Below, piece by piece: positions 8,435 to 15,412 of a stretch of 32,000 nt of DNA (the first letter of the stretch is position 1; each line of letters starts with the position of its first letter). Location of the stretch: contig NZ_RSDW01000001.1 in the NCBI RefSeq assembly GCF_003945235.1, positions 2,460,001-2,492,000 of the forward strand, in the 5' to 3' direction. Under the pieces are notes generated by a model. That model searched no databases and was not told the DNA's origin. It was given only the letters and a program-made list of their open reading frames with translations. The stretch is from Edaphobacter aggregans. GTDB lineage: Bacteria > Acidobacteriota > Terriglobia > Terriglobales > Acidobacteriaceae. Both the position numbers and the translations under genes were made by a program.

Positions 8435-8711
8435 TGCGTCAATCTGGCTAAGCTTGAGGAAGCACAGTCCTTCGTGTTCGAATCCCCCAAAACTTACCCT
8501 CAGTAATGGCGCACACCTTTGCGCATCGGCCACAATTGTTGCCCTATTTGATCAAATTCAATCTATGAAATTGATGAAGCCGCATTTCCCCATCCAGATA
8601 TTGCCTAACAAGATACCCAAAAACCACATCTTCTAGGCCAGCAAGACCACCGCAATGCCGGGTTCAACATCCAAAGATAATGTTACTTCAGTAATTTGAG
8701 ATGTTTTATAT

Positions 8712-8756
8712 TCCTTTATATACCTCATTACATTGGACTTATTGTCCTTTACATCC
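8712..8756 (+). promoter_or_regulatory. Direct repeats TCCTTTATATACC / TCCTTTACATCC spaced 33 nt apart in the AT-rich upstream region
   Basis: The repeats are at 8712-8724 and 8745-8756. The second ends 20 nt upstream of the predicted -35. By my count, 8691-8760 contains 20 G+C in 70 nt. Confidence 0.4.
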
Positions 8757-8775
8757 TATGGTTACTTTAGCTCGT

Positions 8776-8804
8776 TTGTCCAGAAAAATCTGGAGATGTA
8801 AATA
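8776..8804 (+). promoter_or_regulatory. Candidate sigma70 promoter of the small-peptide genes
   Basis: TTGTCC (8776-8781), a 17-nt spacer, then TAAATA (8799-8804). An AGGGG SD (8812-8816) and ATG 8826 follow. Confidence 0.45.
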
Positions 8805-8825
8805 CGACTTTAGGGGTACTCCATC

Positions 8826-8996
8826 ATGAAGCTTATCGTCCGCGCAGTCGTCGTCGCCCTCGTCCTCACCGGTGCAGCAGCCTCCACCCAGATCGCCTCG
8901 GCCTCTGCTAGCTCCAAAGTCACCATCGCTAAGAACAGTGCTATGCCCATCCCCATGTGCGCTCCCGATGATGCCAATGCCTGCGGCTTGCGCTAA
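8826..8996 (+). CDS. Small secreted peptide A (56 aa, signal peptide plus C-terminal C-x7-C motif), uncharacterised
   Basis: MKLIVRAVVVALVLTGAAASTQIASASASSKVTIAKNSAMPIPMCAPDDANACGLR*. An SD precedes the ATG. The N-terminus has K/R, a hydrophobic core and an ASA-type cleavage site. It has a paralog 237 nt downstream, and the differences are mostly synonymous in the C-terminal motif. Confidence 0.7.
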   Translation: MKLIVRAVVVALVLTGAAASTQIASASASSKVTIAKNSAMPIPMCAPDDANACGLR

Positions 8997-9062
8997 CGTC
9001 CCCTAAACATTCGCAATCTTTCTAAGTATCCAAAATATCAGCTAGATGCAAAGGCCAATCCC

Positions 9063-9233
9063 GTGAAAACTATCGTACGTACTTTCGTCGCAGCCATTGT
9101 CCTCTTGGGTGCAGCAGCCTCCACCCAGATTGCCTCCGCCTCCAACCAAACCAAGGTTACCGTCGCCAAGACCAGTGCCATGCCGATTCCCATGTGCGCT
9201 CCTGATGATCCCAATGCCTGTGGTTTGCGCTAA
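9063..9233 (+). CDS. Small secreted peptide B (56 aa), paralog of peptide A
   Basis: GTG start after AAAGG: (M)KTIVRTFVAAIVLLGAAASTQIASASNQTKVTVAKTSAMPIPMCAPDDPNACGLR*. It has the same length as peptide A and 44/56 identical residues. I count 15 synonymous codon differences between the two genes. Confidence 0.7.
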   Translation: MKTIVRTFVAAIVLLGAAASTQIASASNQTKVTVAKTSAMPIPMCAPDDPNACGLR

Positions 9234-9256
9234 ACCAAGTTGGTAAGATTATCAAA

Positions 9257-9281
9257 GTAACCGAGATATTTATTGTAACCG
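9257..9281 (+). promoter_or_regulatory. Direct repeat GTAACCG-N11-GTAACCG upstream of the 7-TM gene
   Basis: GTAACCG occurs at 9257-9263 and 9275-9281, in the 93-nt gap between peptide B and the membrane-protein gene. Confidence 0.3.
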
Positions 9282-9326
9282 CCTCAAAGTTAGGCTACGC
9301 TGATGGTAGTCATTGGGAGGCGGTCA

Positions 9327-10232
9327 ATGTCTCAAGGCATATTTGTCGCGGCGTTATCTTACCTTGAACTAATTTTTTGCGCAGTAGTTCTTCTGGCTTT
9401 GGTGCGCTCTGGAGCAGCTCGCAAGTTCATCTTTTTGACTTCGCTGCTCGGTATAAAGCTCATCTCCGGATTAGCAGGCTCGATTATTCTCGGTTTGTCA
9501 TCGCGAGGGATTGAGCGGCATCTCGCCTATCAGATGTATTTTTACGTCTACTGGATTTCATATGCCCTGGAGGCGATCTTTTCCCTCCTTGTCATCTACA
9601 GCATCTTTAAGCTAGCGATGGCTCCGCTGAAGGGTTTGCAAACTCTTGGAATGCTGGTCTTCCGGTGGGTTGCAGCGATTTCGGTTGCAGTTGCCATCGG
9701 CGTTGCGCTCACGCCGCACCTCTCCGGTGTGAAGTTCATGGTCTCCATGGTCACGCAGCTTCAACAGACATCGAGCATTCTCACGCTTTGTCTATTGCTG
9801 TTCGTCTGTTTTGCTATTCGTCCAATGGGTCTTTCCTACCGCAGCCGAATTTTTGGCGTGAGCTTTGGCCTTGGCTTTCTGGCAGCGGTCAGCCTGGTGG
9901 ATTCCGCATGGCTCTCACATAATTCCAATTTGTACTCCACCATCAACATCATTAATGGTGCAGCGATCTGCCTGACCCTTCTCATCTGGTCAGCTTACTT
10001 CACGTTCCCGGAGCCAAAGCGCCGCTTCATCGTTCTACCCACCACTTCGCCATTCCTGCGGTGGAACCAGATCTCGATGGCTTTGGGCGATGACCCCGGC
10101 TATGTAGCCATCGGCGGCATTCCACCTGAGCTGTTCGCACCGGCTGAACTTGAGGTCATGCGGCGTGCGTCGGCAAAGATGCCTGGCAATTTGGAAGGCC
10201 ACGCTGGGGTGCATCACTCCATCTCCGCGTAG
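9327..10232 (+). CDS. Orphan polytopic membrane protein (about 7 TM helices plus ~70-aa soluble tail), no recognisable domain
   Basis: I prefer ATG 9327 (MSQGIFVAALSYLE...), preceded by GGGAGG at 9315-9320, over ATG 9303. About seven hydrophobic stretches of ~20 aa are visible by eye. The C-terminal tail is PEPKRRFIVLPTTSPFLRWNQ...GHAGVHHSISA. Confidence 0.75.
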   Translation: MSQGIFVAALSYLELIFCAVVLLALVRSGAARKFIFLTSLLGIKLISGLAGSIILGLSSRGIERHLAYQMYFYVYWISYALEAIFSLLVIYSIFKLAMAPLKGLQTLGMLVFRWVAAISVAVAIGVALTPHLSGVKFMVSMVTQLQQTSSILTLCLLLFVCFAIRPMGLSYRSRIFGVSFGLGFLAAVSLVDSAWLSHNSNLYSTINIINGAAICLTLLIWSAYFTFPEPKRRFIVLPTTSPFLRWNQISMALGDDPGYVAIGGIPPELFAPAELEVMRRASAKMPGNLEGHAGVHHSISA

Positions 10233-10268
10233 CACCATCGCACACCATACTGATTCATCAGGGCAACA

Positions 10269-10300
10269 AAAGAGGCCATCCCAAGCGGGATGGCCTCTTT
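10269..10300. terminator. Bidirectional intrinsic terminator between the 7-TM gene and rpsA
   Basis: The perfect stem AAGAGGCCATCCC-AAGC-GGGATGGCCTCTT is followed by TTTATTCTT on the plus strand and TTTGTTG on the minus strand. Confidence 0.85.
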
Positions 10301-10326
10301 ATTCTTATAGCCTTTGAGAGTTGAGC

Positions 10327-12273
10327 CTACTCGCGCTCTGACTCAGATCGCTTCCAATTGATCAGATCACCCAGCGTCGTGCTGCTGCTCGATGAAGAAG
10401 ACGAACTCGAGGAACCCTTGGGAGACTTGTCGCGCTCCTTATAGCTCTCGACCTCTGCACGGCTGGCCTCTTCGCCAACGGCCCGGATGCTGAGACCGAC
10501 CTTCTTCTCATCCTGGTTCATCTTGACGATCTTGAACTCGTGCTCAGAGTCAACGTCCAGCTGCACCGGCTTGTTGTCCGCGCCGACAGCCTCGGACACA
10601 TGGCACAATCCCTCGACTCCTTCAGCGATCTCAACAAAGGCACCGAACTGCGCCGTACGCAGAATCTTGCCCTTGATGACGTCGCCAACGCGATGCTGTG
10701 CGAAGAACGTCTCCCAAACATCAGGCTGCAACTGCTTGACGCCTAGCGACAGGCGGCGATTCTCAGGCTCAACGCCCAGAACGATCGCCTTGACCTTCTC
10801 GCCCTTCTTCAGAACCTCAGAAGGATGCTTGATCCGCTTGGTCCAGCTCAAGTTCGAGACGTGCACCAAACCATCAATCCCGTCTTCGATCTCGATGAAT
10901 GCACCGAAGTCGGTCAGGTTGCGAACACGACCCTCAATGATCGCGCCGGTAGGATACTTATCCTCCAGCTGCTCCCATGGATTCTCCTGCAGCTGCTTCA
11001 TACCCAGCGAGATGCGCCGATCGTTCGGGTTCACGCTCAGAATGATCGTGTCGACCTCATCGCCCGGCTTGACCATCTTCGACGGATGCTTCATCCGCTT
11101 GCTCCATGTCATTTCAGACACGTGCACGAGACCCTCAATGCCCTGCTCCAGCTCGACGAACGCGCCGTAGTCAGTAACCGACAGAACACGGCCACGAACC
11201 TGCGCACCAATCGGGTAGCGCTCCGTCGCATCAAGCCACGGATCAGGCGTCAACTGCTTGAAGCCCAGCGACACGCGCTGTTTGTCCTTGTCGAACTTCA
11301 GAACCTTCACCTGAATCTCGTCGCCGACGTTCACCAGATCACGCGGATGCGTCAACCGGCCCCAGCTCATGTCAGTGATGTGCAGCAGGCCATCAAGGCC
11401 GCCCATATCGACGAACGCGCCGTAGTCGGTCAGGTTCTTTACCGTTCCGGTCAGAATGCTGCCCTCTTCCAGAGTCGCGAGCGTAACAGCCTTCTTCGCG
11501 TTCTGGTCTTCTTCGAGCAGTTCCTTCCGGCTGATCACAACGTTGCCACGCTTCTTGTTCAGCTTGATGACGCGGACTTCGATCTCCGTGCCGATATAGC
11601 CGTCCAGATTGCGCACTGGACGAACCTCAACCTGCGATCCGGGCAAAAACGCCTTGATGCCGATATCGACGGTCAGGCCACCCTTGACGCGGCTCAGAAC
11701 CATGCCCTTGACGGGCGTCTTCTCGTTAGCGGCCTGCTCCAGCTTGTCCCAGACCTTATGGCGAAGCGCCTTCTCGTAGCTGACCAGGTAGCCACCTTCG
11801 GGCTCCTCGCGTTCAACCACAACCTCAACAGAATCTCCGGCCTGGAACTTGGACACACCATTGATGTCCAGAACCTGGTCCAGCGGAATCAGACCTTCCG
11901 ACTTGAGCCCGATATCGACAACGACATGTTTGTCCGTAATCTTGACCACGGTACCAGTAACGATGACCTCTTCTGCGGTCAGGCTCTGTGCGGCGGCAGC
12001 GTCAGCAGCCTGCTCGCGGTCAAAATTCGCCAATGCGGCCGCAAAATCGGCTGCATCATAGTCCGGCTCGTCGTGGGAGGCGTCGATCGCGGTGGCTACA
12101 TGGCCATGCTCTTCGCTCGCACTTGACGTGTCGTGGGCGGTCTCATGCTGTTGGGTTGAGGTGGATTCAGAAGACAGGGCGGCGTTCTCCGCTGTCGCTT
12201 CGGGCGCTAGGACTTCCAGTTCGGTGGTCAGGGGTTTGCTCTCGGCTTGTTCAGGATTATGGTTATCTACCAT
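10327..12273 (-). CDS. rpsA: 30S ribosomal protein S1
   Basis: Six S1/OB repeats are present (e.g. GTVVKITDKHVVVDIG, GMVLSRVKGGLTVDIG, GTVKNLTDYGAFVDMGGLDGLLHITDMSW, GRVLSVTDYGAFVELEQGIEGLVHVSEM...). I prefer ATG 12273 over the TTG at 12297. Confidence 0.9.
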   Translation of the reverse strand: MVDNHNPEQAESKPLTTELEVLAPEATAENAALSSESTSTQQHETAHDTSSASEEHGHVATAIDASHDEPDYDAADFAAALANFDREQAADAAAAQSLTAEEVIVTGTVVKITDKHVVVDIGLKSEGLIPLDQVLDINGVSKFQAGDSVEVVVEREEPEGGYLVSYEKALRHKVWDKLEQAANEKTPVKGMVLSRVKGGLTVDIGIKAFLPGSQVEVRPVRNLDGYIGTEIEVRVIKLNKKRGNVVISRKELLEEDQNAKKAVTLATLEEGSILTGTVKNLTDYGAFVDMGGLDGLLHITDMSWGRLTHPRDLVNVGDEIQVKVLKFDKDKQRVSLGFKQLTPDPWLDATERYPIGAQVRGRVLSVTDYGAFVELEQGIEGLVHVSEMTWSKRMKHPSKMVKPGDEVDTIILSVNPNDRRISLGMKQLQENPWEQLEDKYPTGAIIEGRVRNLTDFGAFIEIEDGIDGLVHVSNLSWTKRIKHPSEVLKKGEKVKAIVLGVEPENRRLSLGVKQLQPDVWETFFAQHRVGDVIKGKILRTAQFGAFVEIAEGVEGLCHVSEAVGADNKPVQLDVDSEHEFKIVKMNQDEKKVGLSIRAVGEEASRAEVESYKERDKSPKGSSSSSSSSSSSTTLGDLINWKRSESERE

Positions 12274-12612
12274 GTGATTGCGGACTCCGGGATCCAAGGG
12301 TACGTTCCATCTCGGGCGTCGCTTCAGGAACCATCAGCGCTCTGTTTAGGAGGCTGGCTGGTCTTCCATCCCGTAAAAACTCGTCAGGCAGGAATGAACG
12401 ACATCTAGCAGAGGAGCGGCTGCACTTGGGTCCCCCACGCAGTGGCTCACCTAAAATCATAGAACTTCGAACCCAATACGTCAACAGAACTGCCCTCGCG
12501 CGACAGCATTTTCACCGCCACGTCATCCATTCCTGTCAAATCGCCCTCCCGCTCACCTCGCACATACCAAACCGCCAGCCAGAACGGATCCACCCGCTAT
12601 ACTCGCCCATAT

Positions 12613-13221
12613 ATGAATCGCCTCTGGACCCCTTGGCGCTACAGCTACATCACCCGTGCCGACGAGCAAGCCCGCACCGGTGTCCCTCCTGCGCTCGCCA
12701 ACTGGCCTGCCGCCGAAGATAAACGCTGCGTCTTCTGCAACATGATCGCTGCAACCGATTACGCCATTGCCCACGGCATGCAGCCCGAGATCGCCGAGCA
12801 GGCTGCCCGTATCGTCTACCGTGGCCAGCACTGCTTCGTCTGCCTCAACGTCTACCCATACTCCACCGGCCACGTTCTCATCGTTCCCTACCTCCACCTC
12901 GACTCCCTCGCCGCCCTGCCCACCGACGACGCCCACGAGATGATGCTCATCGCCCAGCAGGCCGAGACCGCACTCCGCCACGTCTATCACCCCGACGGTC
13001 TCAACTTCGGCCTCAACCTCGGCGAAGCCGCAGGCGCCGGCATCGCAGCCCACATCCATCTCCATGCCCTTCCACGCTGGAGTGGTGATACCAATTTCAT
13101 GACCGTGATCGCCGAAACTCGCGTTCTTCCCGAGGCTCTCGACGTCACCTGGACGAAGTTGCGCGAGGCCTTCAACAATAAGACAACTTCCTCAACACCT
13201 GCCTCATCCAATCCTCTATAA
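12613..13221 (+). CDS. HIT family hydrolase (Ap4A phosphorylase/GalT-like branch)
   Basis: It has the histidine triad HIHLHALPRW and the N-terminal MNRLWTPWRYSYI typical of this HIT subgroup. Confidence 0.8.
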   Translation: MNRLWTPWRYSYITRADEQARTGVPPALANWPAAEDKRCVFCNMIAATDYAIAHGMQPEIAEQAARIVYRGQHCFVCLNVYPYSTGHVLIVPYLHLDSLAALPTDDAHEMMLIAQQAETALRHVYHPDGLNFGLNLGEAAGAGIAAHIHLHALPRWSGDTNFMTVIAETRVLPEALDVTWTKLREAFNNKTTSSTPASSNPL

Positions 13222-13620
13222 ACCCAGGCGAAAACTTCGCCCTGATTGAGGGGATCCTATGGCAAATCTACCTAAGTACCCTCCCGCATCTGTCCGGCCG
13301 GGCTCATCTTCATCTCGCACAAGCAATAACCGCGATCCAGAGCCACGACCTTACCTCCTCACCCTGCAACTTCGGAAACCTGGTTCTTCAGAGAAGCGCT
13401 TTGTTCCTCTTTTTCCCCACGAGTCCGAAGACGCACGCCTCACTGGCTCTACCCGTTCTCTCTACCGCAGGTTGCTGGCCCTGAATCTTCCTGGAGCCAG
13501 CCGCGAAATCGAGGTCTCAGCGAAGACCACTATTGTCAGCTCAAAGATAGCCTGAACCTCTGAGCTGCAACCGAGATACCAAGTCCACCGCTCACTTATT
13601 GAGTTGGCGGGATGAGATAA

Positions 13621-13653
13621 AGATGCCCCAGCGAAAAGCTGGGGCATCTTTTT
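13621..13653 (+). terminator. Strong intrinsic terminator with no obvious gene in front of it
   Basis: AGATGCCCCAGC-GAAAA-GCTGGGGCATCT is followed by TTTT. It lies 400 nt after the HIT stop and 130 nt before the next start codon. Confidence 0.75.
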
Positions 13654-13784
13654 ACAACAAAATTACATGGACGCGACAGCTTCTTACTCCATCCACTATT
13701 CTTCTCACACAGCCTGGGACTATACTTGCCACGCTCTCAGAAACATCTCCTGAGAACGGTTCTTCAGTAGCCCGTGGAGGCGAC

Positions 13785-15320
13785 ATGACGACCACCTCTG
13801 GATCCATCGCAGCTTTGCTGGCCATCGCTCTGTTCGGAACTGCTTCGCGAGCACAGGAAGTCTCCAATCCAATCCAGACCGGAGACAAGACCGAAGCGTC
13901 CGCTCCAACACTTCCGCAATCCTCACCTACACCTAATGGTCCCGCAGGCGTGCGCATCGTCCGCCTCAGCCAGGTGAACGGTGAGGTGGAGTTGGATCGC
14001 AAGACCGACCGCGGATTCGAGACGGCATTCACCAATCTTCCTGTCGCACAAAGTCAGCGATTACAGACTCACCAGGGTATAGCTGAGGTGGAGTTCGAAG
14101 ACAACAGTACATTGCGCATCACCCCCAACACCCAAATCGAATTTCCCGCTCTCCAGCGCAGTCCCGCCGGCGCGACAATCACTACCGTCAAGCTATTGAC
14201 CGGCACTCTCTATGTAAGTCTCGCTGGAACCAAAGGAAACGAGTTCACCGTTACCCTCGGCAACGACACGATCGTCCTCACACCCTCCAGCCACATTCGC
14301 ATCGACTCGGATGCATCCAAAGCGAAGCTTAGTGTCTTCAACGGCAGTGTGCAGGTTGCGAACTCGTTAGGCACCACGACGGTGGGCAAAAACAAAGCGC
14401 TCGCCTTCGATGCCAACACGCAAGCTCCTCCGGTAGTGGCCAAGAATGAAGAACCCGGCGCCTTTGACGAATGGGACAAGAAAGAGATGGACTATCACAA
14501 TCTCCGTTCCGTCCCGGCAGCGTACGGAGGGGGCTCCTCTCTCTACGGCATCAACGACCTCAACTACTACGGCAGTTTTTCGGATGTGGGAGGATGCGGC
14601 TCCATGTGGCGTCCTTACCTTGCCAGCGCAGCCTTTGATCCCTTCGCCAACGGTGTCTGGGCCTGGTATCCCAGTGCTGGCTACTCCTGGGTATCTCCGT
14701 ACCCATGGGGCTGGACTCCATTCCACTACGGCAGTTGGAATTACTGTCCGGGTAGCGGCTGGGGCTGGCAGCCAGGCGGCCAGTGGACCGGCATCGCCAA
14801 CTATCAGACCACTCTTAACCCCGCCCGCTGCGCGACCTGCCCGAAGCCTCCGCGTGCTCCGGTTGCCGGCCAGTCCACGCTGGTCGTCGTCAATAACAAA
14901 CCCCTTGCCGTCTCGCGGCTATCCTCATCATCCGACACCTTCGTCTTCCACAAAGACTCCGCGGGCCTTGGAGTGCCTCGCCAATCCTTCGGCAACCTGA
15001 ATAAGATCTCTTCAGGAGTAGCGCAACACGGCTCCGTATCGACCCCTGCGTTTGTATCAAATCCGGCTGGTCCCGAACGCGGCAACAACGCATGGGCTGC
15101 TCACAACGCGGAAGGTCAAAACAGGTCCAACAGCGCGTCGACTCACGCCGATCAGAGTTCTCGATCGTCCGGATCTTGGTCGAACGCATCTCACACCTCT
15201 TCGTCGGGCCAATCTTCACCCGGCGGCTGGTCAGGTGGATCCCACGCATCTTCGCCATCGCCTTCACCTGCATCCTCTGGTGGACCTGCGCCCGCTGCCA
15301 GTGCCCCCAGTCACAAATAA
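13785..15320 (+). CDS. Secreted FecR-domain protein with Trp/Gly/Tyr-rich C-terminal region and Ser-rich tail
   Basis: GGAGG sits 4 nt before ATG 13785. The signal peptide is MTTTSGSIAALLAIALFGTASRAQE. The FecR-like beta-sandwich segment is RIVRLSQVNGEVELDRK...AEVEFEDNSTLRITPNTQIEF...LLTGTLYVS. Further on comes ...YPWGWTPFHYGSWNYCPGSGWGWQPGGQW. The track start at 13599 overlaps the upstream terminator and is rejected. Confidence 0.75.
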   Translation: MTTTSGSIAALLAIALFGTASRAQEVSNPIQTGDKTEASAPTLPQSSPTPNGPAGVRIVRLSQVNGEVELDRKTDRGFETAFTNLPVAQSQRLQTHQGIAEVEFEDNSTLRITPNTQIEFPALQRSPAGATITTVKLLTGTLYVSLAGTKGNEFTVTLGNDTIVLTPSSHIRIDSDASKAKLSVFNGSVQVANSLGTTTVGKNKALAFDANTQAPPVVAKNEEPGAFDEWDKKEMDYHNLRSVPAAYGGGSSLYGINDLNYYGSFSDVGGCGSMWRPYLASAAFDPFANGVWAWYPSAGYSWVSPYPWGWTPFHYGSWNYCPGSGWGWQPGGQWTGIANYQTTLNPARCATCPKPPRAPVAGQSTLVVVNNKPLAVSRLSSSSDTFVFHKDSAGLGVPRQSFGNLNKISSGVAQHGSVSTPAFVSNPAGPERGNNAWAAHNAEGQNRSNSASTHADQSSRSSGSWSNASHTSSSGQSSPGGWSGGSHASSPSPSPASSGGPAPAASAPSHK

Positions 15321-15412
15321 ATTCCTCGAATTCGCCGATTAACGCGAACTGAAAAGAAAGTGTGTGCGTAATCCCTTCCGCTGGGAAGAGCACCCTTCTT
15401 CGAGGAGAAGTC

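Larger units (their letters stand above)
8826..9233 (+). repeat. Tandem gene duplication (unit offset 237 bp) comprising the two peptide genes
   Basis: The codon-by-codon alignment of 8826-8996 with 9063-9233 needs no gaps. The intergenic parts are not conserved. Confidence 0.8.

Noticed and set aside
8476-8488. GTTCGAATCCCCC, a tRNA T-loop-like string at the edge of the AT-rich island (possible att or tRNA remnant)
   Set aside because: The flanking bases do not form a T-stem (TCGTG versus CCCCC), and no acceptor or anticodon arms can be folded. It is too short to distinguish from chance.
8454-8636. A 60-aa ORF upstream of the peptide genes
   Set aside because: It has a TTG start without an SD, runs through AT-rich promoter-like DNA, and its composition does not look protein-like.
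10825-12126. A 433-aa plus-strand ORF, plus 10487-11170
   Set aside because: They are antisense to rpsA and are low-complexity Leu/Arg/Asp/Gln shadow frames.
13259-13555. A 98-aa ORF (MANLPKYPPASVRPGSSSSRTSNNRDPEPRPY...) with an SD-like GAGGGG upstream
   Set aside because: It has a low-complexity Ser/Arg/Pro composition and no third-position C/G bias like the neighbouring genes. I recognise no domain pattern. It is kept only as part of the orphan-terminator finding.
13222-13653. Checked whether this region is RNase P RNA, tmRNA, SRP RNA or 6S RNA
   Set aside because: I could not find the conserved GAGGAAAGTCCGGGCTC or ACAGAACCCGGCTTA boxes of RNase P; there is only a loose GTCCGGCCGGGCTC. 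There is no tmRNA tRNA-like end or tag ORF, and no SRP GGAA/AGCA motif. 6S RNA cannot be judged by eye.
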